From: Chiloscyllium plagiosum
Taxonomy: Eukaryota
Direction: 5' to 3'
Length of the DNA stretch: 64,000 nt
Assembly: GCF_004010195.1 (NCBI RefSeq)
Contig: NC_057711.1
Coordinates: 70,882,467 to 70,946,466 of the forward strand
Shown here: positions 1 to 12,446 of the stretch, one piece after another
Position numbering within the stretch: the first letter of the stretch is position 1
Layout of the letters: the number at the start of each line of letters is the position of its first letter
Notes under the pieces: model-generated
What the model saw: only the letters and a program-made list of their open reading frames with translations
The model's database searches: none
Told to the model about the DNA's origin: nothing
Position numbers and translations under genes: made by a program

Positions 1-1483
1 CTTTGGCATTGATCTTCAAATCATCATTGTCTACAGGAATAGTGCCTGAGGACTGGAGGATAGCAAATGTGGTTCCCTTGTTCAAAAAGGGTAGTAGAGA
101 CAGCCCTGGTAATTACAGACCAGTGAGTCTCACCTTCAGTTGTTGGTAAAGTGTTGAAAAAGGTTATAAGAGATAGAATTTATAACCATCTAGAAAAGAA
201 TAATCTGCTCAGGGACAGTCAGCACGGTTTTGTGAAGGGTAAGTCGTACCTAACGAATCTCAATTAGTTTTTTGACAAAGTGACCAAACAGGTAGATGAG
301 AGTAAACCGGTTGATGTGGTGTATATGGATTTCAGCAAGGCATTCGATCAGGTTCCCCACAGTAGGCTATTATACAAAATGCGGAGGAATGGGATTGTGG
401 GAGACATAGCAGTTTGGATCAGTAATTGGCTTGCTGAAAGAAAACAGAGGGTTGTAGTTAATGGAACATGTTCATCTTGGTGTCTAGGTACTAGCGGCAT
501 ACCGCAAGGGTCGGTGTTGGATCCACTGCTGTTCGTCATTTTTATAAATGACCTGGATGAGGGCTTAGAAGGGAGGGTTAGTAAATTTGCGGACGACACT
601 AAGGTCGGTGGAGTTGTGGATAGTGATGAAGGATGTAGTAGGTTACAGAGAGACATAGATGTAATGCAGAGCTGGGCTGAGAGATGGAAAATGGAGTTTA
701 ATGTGGACACATGTGAGGTGATTCACTTTGGATGGAGTAATTGGAATGCAAAGTACTGGGCTAATGGTAAGATTCTTGGGAGTGCAGATGAGCAGAGAGA
801 TCTCAGTGTCCATGTACACAGATCCCTGAAAGTTGCCACCCAGATTGACAGGGTTGTTAAGAAGGCATACAGTGTTTTGGCCTTTATTAATAGAGGGATT
901 GAGTTCCGGAACCAGGAGGTTATGCTGCAGCTGTACAAAGCTCTGTTACGGCCACATGTGGAGTATTATGTACAGTTCTGGTCACTGCATTATAAAAAGG
1001 ATGTGGAAGTTTTGGAAAGGGTGCAGAGGAGGTTTACTAGGATGTTGCCTAGTATGGAAGGAGTGTCTTACAAGGAGAGACTGAGGGCCTTGAGGCTGTT
1101 CTCAATAGAGAGAAGAAGGTTGAGAGGTGACTTAATAGAGACATACAAGATAATCAGAGGGTTAGATAGGGTGGACAAGGAGTGCCTTTTTCCAAGTATG
1201 GGAATGGCAAACACAAGAGGACACAACTTTAAAGTGAGGGGAGAGATAGTTTCTTTACTCAGAGAGTAGTAAGGGTATGGAATGCTTTGCCTTCAATGGT
1301 AGTAGATTAGCCAAGTTTAAGTGCATTTAAGTCGTCATTGGACAGGCATGTGGACATACATGTAATAGTGTAGGTGGGATGGGCTCCAGATTAGTATGAC
1401 AGGGCGGCACAACATCGAGGGCCAAAGGGCCTGTACTGTGCTGTAATGTTCTATGTTCTATGTTCTATATGTTCTATGTTCTA
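1..1483 (+). mobile_element. CR1-clade LINE, 3' part (RT region, 3' UTR and (TGTTCTA)n tail); runs off the window's left edge
   Basis: ORF 280-1269 has non-LTR RT motifs YMDFSKAFD, GIPQGSVL and FADDTK. The 3' end is GGGCCAAAGGGCCTGTACTG followed by TGTTCTA repeats at about 1447-1483. Confidence 0.95.
280..1269 (+). pseudogene. Reverse transcriptase domain of CR1 ORF2 (partial)
   Basis: Translated ORF contains DFSKAFD, PQGSVL and FADD motifs plus the CR1-type C-terminal LERVQRRFTRM and RRLRGDLIE motifs. Confidence 0.9.
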
Positions 1484-2132
1484 TATATGTAAAACAATCA
1501 GCTCCTAACCGAGATAGTTTGCCTTTCGGGGTTGCTAGGGAAGTTAAAGGGATGTGATTACTTAAAGGTACATTTTAGCTTCCTATCTCAAATAGACATC
1601 ACTGGACTCAAGGTAAATCCCTAAGGATTGGAAAGTGACAAACACAACTCTCATCCTTCATCTCCTCTCATAGGAATTTAGAACACCATAAGAATCCTTC
1701 AGTCCATCACACCTGTTGTTATTTGCTAAAGCATTCCACAACAAATTCCATTGTCTTGTTCTCTCCAAGTGGCAATGGATTTTCCTGTTTCAAATTTATT
1801 AGTTTCTTTCTGTATTAGCATTTCAGCCACTCACTTTGTCAAAATACATAATTTTCCAACCATTCTCTATCTTAAGAAAAATTGTCCTAGTGATAATTAT
1901 AACTGGTGATCCCTCATTACTGATTCTGCATTACCTGGTCATTTTCAGAATAGTTATGCAGCAGGTCGTAAGCAGGACTGATGGAACGTATAACGTTTAT
2001 TGTCATTTAAAGAAATATTAATGTGGTATGAAATATATTCAAATTATCTACATTTCAATTTGGGAAGCCAGAATACGAAATATAGTTGAGCACATGATTT
2101 AGCTTTTGTTACTCCAACATCAGGACTATGTT

Positions 2133-3563
2133 TCAAAAACAGACATTGCTGGAAAAGCTCAGCAGGTCTGGCAACATGTGTGAAAAGAAATCAGAGCTAA
2201 TATTTCGGGTCTGGTGACTCAACGCTGGTAGGGTTGGGAAGGGTGTAAGGAGTAAACGACAGTTGGAGATAGAGCCCAAACTGAGAGAAGAACAATTGGA
2301 CAGACAAAGGCGTAGATAACGATCTAGCTTTTAATGGAGATTGTTAGTGGCTAACAATAGGTAGTGTGTAATGTATAACAAGGCCTGGTGTATGGGGTAG
2401 GGAGCTTGGACTTGGGGGAGTTCAGATCCTAAAATCACTGAACTCGATTCCAGAGAGCTGCAGGATCCCCAAGCGGAAGCTGAGGTGCTGTTCTCCCAGC
2501 TTGTGCTGAGCTTCACTGGAACACTGCAGCAAGCCTGAGACAGAGATGTTAGCAGGGAACAGGTGGTGTGTTGAAGCAGCAACAACTGGAAGTCAGAGAC
2601 TTTTGTGCAGGTATAATATAGATCTTGTGCAAAGCAGTGAATCAGTCTACGCTTCATTTTACGAATGTAGAGGACACCTACATTGTAAGCAACAAATGCA
2701 GTAGACTAGATTGTGAGAAGTGCAGATAAATCGCTGCATCAGCTGGAAGGTATGTTTGGGCCTTTGGATACTGAGGAGGGAGGAAGTAAATAGGCAGGTG
2801 TTACACCTTTGTGGTTGCAGGGCAAAGCGCAACGGGGTTGTGGGGGTTGGAGGGGAGGCGTTGTGAATGAAGGAAGAGTGGACTATGGTGCCCTGGAGGG
2901 AATAATCCCTGCGGAAGACAGACAAGGAAGGGGAGGGGAATATGTATCTGGTGATGGCATCTCGCTGGAAGTGGCAGAAACAGCAGCTGATGATCTTCTG
3001 GATGTGGATGTTGCTGGGTTGGTAGGTAAGGACAAGGGGAACCCTATCGTTATTGCAGGAAGGAAGAGAGGATGTGAGGCGGAAGTGCAGGAGATGGGTT
3101 GGACCAGGTTGAGGGCCCTGTCAACTATGATGCTGGGGAATCTTGGCTGAGGAAGAAGGTGGACATTTTGGAGGCTACCTTGTCGAAGTTGGCTTCATCG
3201 GACCCCGTACCCCACACACCAGGCCTTGTTATCACATAGTCTGCCATTACACACTGCCTATTGTCAGTCACTAACAGTTTCCATTAACAGCTATTCACTC
3301 TCCTCGCCAGGTCGTTATCTAATCCTTTGATTGTCCTCCTGTTCTTCTTGCTTTCTGGGCTCTATCCATATCTACTGTTTACTCCTTACGCCCTTGCCCC
3401 AACCTATCTTTTCCCAGTTACCATCAGCTCTGAGGAAAGGTTACCGGACCTAAAATGTTAACTCTGATTTTTCTTAATAGATGCTGTCAGACCTGCTAAG
3501 CTTTTCCAACAAATTCTGTTTTTGATTCCGATTCACAGCATCACAGTTCTTTTGGGTTTTATG
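2133..3563 (-). mobile_element. Penelope-like element remnant flanked by inverted pseudo-LTR arms
   Basis: Arm ~2135-2403 is the degenerate reverse complement of ~3203-3525. The minus-strand interior gives FICTSHNLVYCICCLQC (GIY-YIG region). Candidate TSD is CAGGACTATGTT (2121-2132) / CAGGAATATGTT (3564-3575). Confidence 0.8.
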
Positions 3564-4343
3564 CAGGAATATGTTCGTCACTTTTTCATTACTTACACTC
3601 ATAGACTAATAGCAAGTTGAGACATATTAGCAAGATGTACCAGATTGATGAAATATACTGTTGGAACTGAGACCACTGGATTGTGTTTTCTACATATTGC
3701 GGCATCATAATTTCTGCTACTAATACACACTATATGATTTCATTAACAAGGTGTTCAAAAGTTAATTACCTATACCAGGAGCCACTGTTTGTTTATATGG
3801 TGGCTGCACATAAACTGTATGAAAAAAATTAGGAGAACTGTGAAAATGTATTTATATTAAATATATAAAGTGGCTGTGTCAAATTTTGTTTTGTAGTATT
3901 CCTCTGAAACATTTTGGGACATTTTAACATGTTAAAGGCACTCTGTGAATTGACATAAGTTGCTATTATAGCTTAGTATGCCATTTTTAATTTACAAAAT
4001 TGAATAGTTGATTTAATTTACATAAATTAATGTAGGATCATCAGGGCACATGAGATTTCATATACCTGCAGCAATCAGAACTGGAGACACACTGCACAGC
4101 AGTATTCAGAGGAAGGTGCAGATTTCAGCTCATTAAGTGCATGATTTGAAGCTTAATGACAGGAGCAGTACTGAAGGTGCATTCTGAATGGCTTTCCAAT
4201 GGACCATTAATTGTCATCTTGTCAACTTCACAGGAAGTACATAGAGAATAGACAAGTGTTCTTGAGAAAACTAAGAGGAGATTTTAAAAAATGACCAAAT
4301 ATTAACTCTTTTTTTAATGCATTCTCTGCATTCAAAGAGTAAT

Positions 4344-4587
4344 GATGTGGGGGAGCCGGTGTTGGACTGGGGTGGACTAAGTTAAAAATCACAGAACACC
4401 AAGTTATAGTCCAACAGGTTTATTTGGAAGCACTAGCTTTCAGAGTGTTTCTCCTTCATCAGATAGCTAGGTTGTAACTAGTTAGGTTGTAACTATCTAC
4501 CTGACAAAGGAGCAGTGCTCCGAAAGCTTGTACTTCCAAATAAACCTGTTGGACTATAACCTGATGGATTGTGATTTTTAACTTTAT
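4344..4587. mobile_element. Hairpin (head-to-head) Penelope-terminus insertion, family B
   Basis: AAGTTAAAAATCAC...GTTATAGTCCAACAGGTTTATTTGGAAG is mirrored by CTTCCAAATAAACCTGTTGGACTATAAC...GTGATTTTTAACTT. Same family as 44570-44690 and 46967-47160. Possible TSD AGAGTAAT / AGAGCAAT. Confidence 0.7.
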
Positions 4588-5104
4588 AGAGCAATTTATG
4601 CCTGACATTGCCATTTTCTTCTTAAAGTTAATAAACAATGAGTAGAAAAGCTTGTTGTTATGATTTTTGTTTTATTCTAATTCGAGGATGCTAGAATTAA
4701 AATTGAAGCCAGCTAAAGACTGAATTACCTTTCCCAGAGGTTTTATAATTGATGATATCATCAGACTGATCATATCAGTCAAGTGTTTAGTTAAGGAATA
4801 TTTAATGGCGATTGGGAATTCAGTCCAACGGAAAACCGTGGAGCACCTGAATCTTGTGCCCAAAGCAAAATTATATTGGGTCAGCATTTGTTCATTTGGA
4901 ATTAACTGTTCATTTCAAACCTCCAGGAAATTTCTAAAAAAAATCTTTTCCTTCTCTTTCTAATGCAAGTTCTGATATCATTCTCTCTTTCCTGAATCCA
5001 AATTTAAGTCTTTTGTTTTACCAATTTGAGTTGTTTCATTTGTAATTGAATTCTATGTACAGGTAATTAATCAAGTGATATTAGGATCATCAAATGTCCT
5101 TTCA

Positions 5105-6012
5105 GATCAAATGGTGGATACAAGTAAAACACCAGGTTAACAGATCAAACAACTTAAGAGTGAGAAAGACAAAACAGGAACCAGATAGAAAAGCAAGAGA
5201 GAGGGAGAGCACTTTCATATGAAATAGCACAAGAGAGAGCTGACACCAGCTAAAACAGCATAAGAGAGAACCGACACCAGATAATACAAGGCAAGAGAGT
5301 GTGCCCCAAATAAAATAGTGTGTGAGAGAAAGGGAGAGAGTGGACACCAGATTACACAACGTGAGAGAGAGGGAGAGGGCAGACATCAGATAAAACAGCA
5401 TGAGAGAGAGAATGCAGAAACTACATGAAAAAGTATGACAGAGTGTGAAAATGGCAGACAAAATAGCAATAGAGACAGAGCAATCACTAGATTCGACAAT
5501 GTGTGAGAAAGAGAGGAGACAGTGTGAATACAAATAAAACAGTGCGAAAGAGAAAGCAGACATGGATAAAACAGTGCAAGAGAGCGTGCACAAGATAAAA
5601 CAGCATGAAAGAGATCAGACACAAGAAAAACAATGTGACAGAAGGAGAAAGTGGAATATTAGATAAAACAGTGCAACAGAGTGCTCACAAGGTTAAAAAA
5701 AAGTCCAAGAGAGCGGACCCCAGATGAAACAGTGTGAAAGTGTGGATTCCAGATAAAACAGTTTGAGAGAACGTGAGAGCTGGAACCAGATAAAACAGCG
5801 TGACAGATTAAGAACAGAGACTGGACACCACTTAAAGCAGTGTGAGAGGAAGACAGCCAACATCAGATAAAAAGGTGTGAGAGACAGTGGACAACAGATA
5901 AAACCACAAGGAGAGAGCAGGTAACACACCCTGGGTGAGAGAAAGGGATGGCCTCCAGGTCAAACAGAAGACAGATAAACACTAGATAAAATAATGTGAC
6001 AAAGAGAGAGAG
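5105..6012 (+). repeat. Degenerate purine-rich minisatellite, unit about 33-38 bp (~GGACACCAGATAAAACAGTGTGAGAGAGA)
   Basis: Recurrent CAGATAAAACAG core followed by GA runs across ~900 bp. The minus-strand ORFs here are low-complexity L/S/C/F artefacts. Confidence 0.8.
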
Positions 6013-6199
6013 CAGAAATGTCAACATTTGTTTCAGAGCTAGAGTCACTGAGATATATCCATGAATCAGAGGACACATGGACTGCACATTTAGAGAGGGA
6101 GCCACACCATTCATGAGGGGCAAGCAGGCAGATGTGGTGACTACTAGGCAGTTTAAAGAAAACAGGCAGGCAGTGCAGGAGTCCCAGGAGCTCTTGCTT

Positions 6200-6670
6200 G
6201 CTAACAGTTTTCTGTTCTGAATATTGGTGAAGGCAACGGTTCCTCAAAGGAGAGCAGGAAGACTCATGGTGTTGGGTTAAGGATGTCATAGGAAAGCTGT
6301 GGGATATTGATTTGAAGGAGAGTGAAAGGTCACAGGTTGTGGTCCACATTGATATTAAAGATGTAGGAAAGAAGGAACGCATACAATCAGATTTCAGAGG
6401 GCTTGGTAGAAAATTAGCCAATAGGACCTCAAAAGCATTATCACCTAATGACTCCCAGTGCCGTGTGTAAATGAATACAGGAACATGAGGGTGAGGCAGA
6501 TTAATATCTAGCTGAAGAGATGATGCAGGAGGGATGGCTTTAGATTCCTGGACTAGTTCTGGAGGAAATGGCATTTAGACAAGACAGGCAGGTTGCACCT
6601 GAAAAGAGCTGGTTCTGATTTTCTTGTCATGTGTTTTTGTAGTGCTTTGGGGAAGGACTTAAACTAAGTC
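6200..6670 (+). mobile_element. Decayed CR1 ORF1 (SGNH esterase) fragment
   Basis: GTTGTGGTCCACATTGATATTAAAGAT encodes VVVHI.., as in VHIGTND. GGCTTTAGATTCCTG and TTGCACCTG (LHL) are similar to the esterase ORF at 11919-12446. Confidence 0.65.
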
Positions 6671-7598
6671 AGCAGGGTCCTTGCAACAGGAAAGAATATT
6701 TGGAATACCAGGGTGAACAACCTTTTGGATGAGGCAAATAGCAGTAAAATAGGGGATAGTAAGTTATTAAAAACATGAGGATCTCTTTTTAGACAGCCAA
6801 TTAGTTATCTACTCCTCAACCCTCCTCCATTAAAACAAAAAGTGGACAAATTAGAGGAGAGTTGGGATTAGCTTTCAGATAAATTTTAAATGTAGTCTGC
6901 TACCCAGACTGTGTGTGAGGTTGTTCTGAGGGGAATGGGGCAGGCAGGATGTTGCCAAGGAGTCTACAGTATGCAAACATGATCTATCAGGTCCATATCT
7001 GCCTTTGTGCTCTACATTTGCCGTCTCCCTTAATCAATTTGATCCTGTCATCACACCCTTTTATTCTTTTCTCTCAGATGATTATTTAGCTTCTCAGTGC
7101 ACATCCGTGTTCCCTTTTCTGGGGAAAGTACCATCAGTTTGTTCACCCTTCCTGGTGAGTGTTGTGTAAAGGCATTGACCCAGGAGCAACATTGCGATGA
7201 TAGAACAGCACGTCATGAGTGCAAATAGAAGTGTCTGGCTGAAGTTAACCAGATGAGAAGGACTACTCTGGAATGAGACTGAAACTCTAAAGGGTTCGAG
7301 GTCAGACTGAAATTCTCTATTGTCTGGAAGGAACACCCAAAGAAGATAATAATACTTAATATAAGTCAGAGCCTGCTGTACCTATGATAACTGTCTACAG
7401 TAGTATTTATTATTTATTTCTAATAAGACGTATTACTTTGAAATTGAAGCCTGAAGACCGTCCTTGATTTTGCTTTCTCCTTGACCAGCCTGTAAAGAAA
7501 TTAAACTTATAGGAATGAACTTTACAAAACATCTGCTAAGTATAAATTTCAGAGAGATTCATGGAAGATTTCTCTTCATGAGCTCTAGTGAGTTACCT

Positions 7599-7727
7599 TA
7601 TTCCTGATGAAGAGCTTTTGTCCGAAACATCAATTTCCTGCTCCTTGGATGTTGCCTGACCTGCTGTGCTTTTCCAGCACAACACTCTCAACTCTGATCT
7701 CCAGCATCTGCAGTGCTCACTTTTGCT
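7599..7727 (+). mobile_element. Penelope 3' terminus fragment with hammerhead-like motif
   Basis: CTGATGAAGAGCTTTTGTCCGAAACATC...CCAGCATCTGCAGTGCTCACTTTTG matches other PLE termini. Candidate TSD TGAGTTACCT / TGAGTTATCT. Confidence 0.8.
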
Positions 7728-7908
7728 TGAGTTATCTCACTGCCCCACTCACTTCATTAATGATGCACCATACCTTCATGGTGCTGCTGTTGCATCATCT
7801 TGTGCTCAGTGGTGGTGAAATGCTCGCTGATGTTGGGAGATTGTAGTGTTCATGCTGTGGGCATCATATTTAAACCCTAGTTGCGTGCTTCGTCCAATGC
7901 TGCAAGTC

Positions 7909-8004
7909 TGGTCTGAAGTGGCCACCAACTCAGTGTAGTCCATAGTCTGGAGGAACATGCAGCAGTGCTGCAAGAAGGCTAATGATCCTCTGAGATCTAC
8001 AAGG
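7909..8004 (+). pseudogene. Myb/SANT-like (trihelix) domain relic, probably from a PIF/Harbinger transposon
   Basis: Translates WSEVATNSV*SIVWRNMQQCCKKANDPLRSTR, matching the W..VA...R...QC.KK.NDL pattern of Harbinger Myb/SANT proteins. Followed by a donor-like AG/GTAATT. Confidence 0.55.
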
Positions 8005-9338
8005 TAATTGCCACCATCTTCTCTCTGCTAATTCTGCCATTGCACCCACCCCCCACCAAAAAACATGGTCTACCACTCTCAATATTACATCATTCCTCAA
8101 TTAAATTCACACCCATCTCCCGCTAAGCTATTAACCCTTCCTGCCCTCCGCATTTCTAACTTACTTATCTGGAATGCCCCATCATCCTCCCTGACTAATG
8201 AAGGAACTGCTGCCTGACTGAGTATAGTCCCCCTTGACCGGTCGTTACTACTAAATATGAAGAACTGCCTAGATATCACCTGTATTAATTGACAAGGTAA
8301 GGCAGAGATGCTATGAGCATCCAAGTAGTTGCAAAGTGCTAATAGAGCGTGCTCTGAGATGTACCCTGTTCTAGGACATAAGAGGGCTGCCTCCCTTTTT
8401 GCCCAAAGCAGCCTAGCTGCAGAATTGCAGTGTAAGGTGTCAGTGAGCTTCGAAGTTTAGTCTTGAAGTGCTAAACTGCATCTAGAGTAAGTCCTAAAAT
8501 GATGCGGTGAGAATTGTACTTTGCTAATGTCTCCTTCCATGGATGGACAGTGTAGGTGGTCACTGCCTATGGAGTGCACCCTGAGGTGTAGGGGGTATTG
8601 GCCAAGATGGCTTCCCAAAGAAGCGGCCAGTGAGTTGGAGCTACCAGGTACCCCCTCAGACCTCCAGGTCAGGAATTGTGGCTGTTCAGTTTCTCACTAC
8701 TGCCTCAAAAAAATTAATAAGTTAGGTAAAAATTAGATCTTAATTATACAAATATGCCTGATGCTCACCAGCAAGATTCTTGTTTCGCTTTTAAAACCTT
8801 AGATAGGGAATTGGACTTTTCATGACATTTAGAATCTCATTTTCTTCATTCTTGCTGTATTTTGCCAAGTGTCTTGCCATTGTCCATGTCATTCAGAGGT
8901 GGGGAAGATACCCACCCTTGTTAGCCAGGAATAGTCTATCACAATACAAAGCGGGGAGAGAATTGAGGAAGAAATACTTCTAAGGTGGTAAGGCTGACAC
9001 TTCATTGTAAATATAAGCTCACATTTGTAAACATATTCCCATTTTGATTTATCAGCTCTGATTGGCTGTCTTTATTACTGCAACAACAAGATAGAAACCA
9101 GAGAGGCTGCATGCCTTGAGTGGTATACCATGTAAGAATCCTCTCTGACAGAGTGCTACTCTTTCCCGAATACTCAATATAGCCTAACGTCTTGTCATTG
9201 TTCAGTGTGGTAGCATCACATTTGAAACAAGTTGTTCATTTTAATATTTGTTCAACAACAAGGTAGCCTGAAGAGAGAGAAAACAAATGTTGTATTTGCT
9301 TTTGGGACTACGCAAGCACTCCTCGCCAATAAAAAATT

Positions 9339-9673
9339 GGGCGGCACGGTGGCACAGTGGTTAGCACTGCTGCCTCACAGCGCCTGAGACCCGGGTTCAA
9401 TTCCCGCCTCAGGCGACTGACTGTGTGGAGTTTGCACGTTCTCCCCGTGTCTGCGTGGGTTTCCTCCGGGTGCTCCGGTTTCCTCCCACAGTCCAAAAGA
9501 TGTGCAGGGTCAGGTGAATTGGCCATGCTAAATTGCCAGTAGTGTTAAGTAATGGGTAAATGTAGGGGTATGGGTGGGTTTCGCTTCGGCGGGTCGGTGT
9601 GGACTTGTTGGGCCAAAGGGCCTGTTTCCACACTGTAATGTAATCTAATCTAATGTAATCTAATCTAATCTAA
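9339..9673 (+). mobile_element. HE1-type tRNA-derived SINE (V-SINE), young full-length copy
   Basis: A-box TGGCACAGTGG and B-box GGTTCAATTCC. Central TGTGTGGAGTTTGCACGTTCTCCCCGTGTCTGCGTGGGTTTCCTCCGGGTGCTCCGGTTTCCTCCCACA. CR1-like tail GGGCCAAAGGGCCTGTTTCC plus (TAATC)n. Confidence 0.92.
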
Positions 9674-11372
9674 AAATATTCAACCAATGATTGGTGATTT
9701 CAACCAACTCACATCTGTTGGAAATGAGAGTCAGTTAAGTCCTGTCTAGGTTGTTGTGCCTGATGCTGTAGCACTCTATTATGGTGAGCGTGGTATTCCT
9801 TCTGTTCAATGTCCTCAACTTCCTCTTCTGCTGTGCTGTCCCAGCTATCCAGCTTCCATCACATCCTGATTGTCTGCTCTGGCTGGACAGAGCACACCAT
9901 GCAGTGATTACTCTATCTGGAGTGTAATGCAAGGCACTGTCCCTCCACCACTCCCTCCCACCAAAGTTGATTCAAGCATCAGAATCTCATCTTCAGAAGA
10001 CCTATCGTCTGTTCCTGGTAACCCGAGTGGAAGAATGGGTTGCATTGTATCCATGCTCGGTCTCAATCAGAGGTTTGTGTAATGATTGGAGAAGATAGCC
10101 CTTGTCTCTCAGTAAGGCATTCGGCGCTTGAAGCTAAGCAGAAACATCAGCGGTTTCTCAAGGATGCTTGCATCTTGGCATCTTTCAGGATACTTGGCAC
10201 AGATCTTCAAGATATGGTACAATTATTTACACATGACCTGTACATTGACTGAACAGAGCCCTTTTCTCTTGTGACATTGACATAACATTGTGCCATACAA
10301 CAACATAGAGTCATAGAAATGTACATCATGGAAACAGACACTTCGGACCAACTCGTCCATGCCCACCAGATATTCTAACCTAATCTCGTCCCATTTGCCA
10401 GCACTTGGCCCATATCACTCTAAACCCTTCCTATTCATATACCCATCCAGATGCCTTTTAAATGCTGTAATCGAACCAGCCTCCACCACTTTCTCTGGTA
10501 GCTCATTTCATACACATATCTCTACTGTCTATACCTGACATATGCTTCCTTCTTTTTCTTAACCAAACCCTTGATTTCTTTAGTCATCCAGCATTCCCTA
10601 CACCTACCAGCCTTCCCTTTCAACCTAACAAGAATATACTGTCTCTAGACTCTCGTTAGCTCATTTTTGAAGGCTTCCCATTTTCCAGCTGTCCCTTTAC
10701 TTGTGAACAACTGCCTCCAAACATCTTTTGAAGGTTCTTGCCTAATACTGTCAAAATTGGCATTCCTCCAATTTAGATCTTCAATGTTTAGATCTGGTCT
10801 ATCCTTTTCCATCACTATTTTAAATCTAATAGAATTATGGTCACTGGCCCCAAAGTGTTCCCCCACTGACAACTCAGTCACCTGCCCTGCCTTATTTTCC
10901 AAGAGTAGGTCAAGTTTTGCACCTTCTCTAATAGATACATCTACATGCTGAATTAGAAAATTGTCTTGTACACACCTAACAAATTCCTTTCTGTCTAAAC
11001 CCTTAACACTATGGCAATCCCATCTATGTTTGGAAAGTTGAAATCTCCTACCACAACCACCCTATTGTTCTTACAGATAACTGAAATCTCCTTACAGATT
11101 TGTTTCTCAATTTCCCGCTCACTATTGGGGTATGTATAAGGTGATCATCCCTTTCTTATTTCTCAGTTCCACCCAAATAACTTCCCTGGATGTATTCCCA
11201 GGAATACCCTCCTTAAGTACAGCAGTAATGTTATCCCTTATCAAAAACACCACTCCCCCTCTTCTCTTGCCCCATTTCTATCCTTCCTGTAGCATTTGTA
11301 TCCTGGAACATTAAGCTATTACTCCTGTCTATCCCTGAGCCATGTGTCTGTAATTGCTATGATTGCTGTAAT

Positions 11373-11715
11373 TGGGGGTGGCATGGAGGCTCAGTGGTTA
11401 GCACTGCTGCCTCACAGTGCCAGGGACCTGGGTTCAATTCTTACCTTGGGTGACCGTCAGAGTAGCGTTTGCACATTCTCACAGTGTCTGCATGGGTTTC
11501 ATTTGTGTGGGCTGGCTTCCTCCCACAATCCAAAGATGTGCAAGTCCGGTGAATTGGCCATGCCAAATTGCCCATAGTTTTAGGTGCATTAGTCAGGGGA
11601 AAATATAGGGTAGGGGAATGCATCTGGGTGGTTTATTTTTTAGAGAGTCGTTGTGGGCTTGTTGGGCCAAAGGGCCTGTTTCCATACTATAGGGAATCCA
11701 ATCTAATCTAATCTG
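11373..11715 (+). mobile_element. HE1-type SINE inserted in the CR1 endonuclease region
   Basis: GGCTCAGTGGTTAGCACTGCTGCCTCACAG head, V-domain and (AATCT)n tail. CR1 sequence resumes on both sides. Confidence 0.9.
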
Positions 11716-11918
11716 ATCCTTGTCCAATTTTCCTAACCGTGCCCTGAGTTCATCTGCCTTCCCTGTTCAGTCTCTTGCATTGAAATAGATGAAGTTAAAA
11801 TTACCAGTCCTATCTTGTTCTCTGTTTTGTTCCTGCTTGCCCTGACTGTGTAACTCGCTCCTTTACTCAACTTTCCTCACTATTTCCCTGGGTCCCACCC
11901 CACCACCACCACACTTTA

Positions 11919-12446
11919 TTAGTTTAAATCCTCCTTTGCAGCTCTAGCAAATCTCCCTGCCAGTATATTAGCCTCCTTCCAATTCAGGTTCAATCTGTCC
12001 TTCTTGCACAGGTCAATTCTACCCCAGAAGAGATTCCAAACATCCAAAAATGTGAACTCTTCTCCCCTGCACCAGCTCCTCAGCCACGCATTCACCTGCT
12101 CTATGCTCCTATTCCCACCCTCACTAGCTCGTAGCACCAGGAGTAATCCAGATATTACTACCTTTGAGGACCTCCTTTTAAAATTCCTGCCTAACTTTCT
12201 ATATTTCCCCTTCAGAATTTCAACTTTTTCCCTTCCTAAGTCGTTGGTTCCAATGTGGACAATGACCTCCTGCTGGTTCCTCTCCCTTTTGGAAACATTC
12301 TGCACTCTGTCTGAGACATCCTTGATCCTGGCACCAGGGAGGCAACACCCATTCTGAATTTTTGCTGGTGGCCACAGAAAAGTCTGTCCGTGCCTCTGAC
12401 TAAGGAGTCCCCTATCACAGTCGATCGCTTGGAACTCAATGTTCAC
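11919..12446 (-). pseudogene. CR1 ORF1 SGNH-hydrolase/esterase domain (frameshifted)
   Basis: GDS motif in the 12236-12439 frame; LPGARIKDV, VHIGTND and VVISGLL in the 11919-12446 frame. Confidence 0.85.

Noticed and set aside
5102..5929. Hydrophobic minus-strand ORFs (163 aa and two of 78 aa)
   Set aside because: They are translations of the pyrimidine strand of a minisatellite, not a membrane protein.
9000..9290. Strong minus-strand splice-acceptor-like TTTGTTTTCTCTCTCTTCAG at ~9268-9287
   Set aside because: All three downstream frames hit a stop within about 30 nt and there is no recognisable protein. It could only be a non-coding exon, which I cannot support.
9339..9410. tRNA gene
   Set aside because: The A/B boxes belong to a SINE head, followed by the V-domain and a LINE-derived tail.
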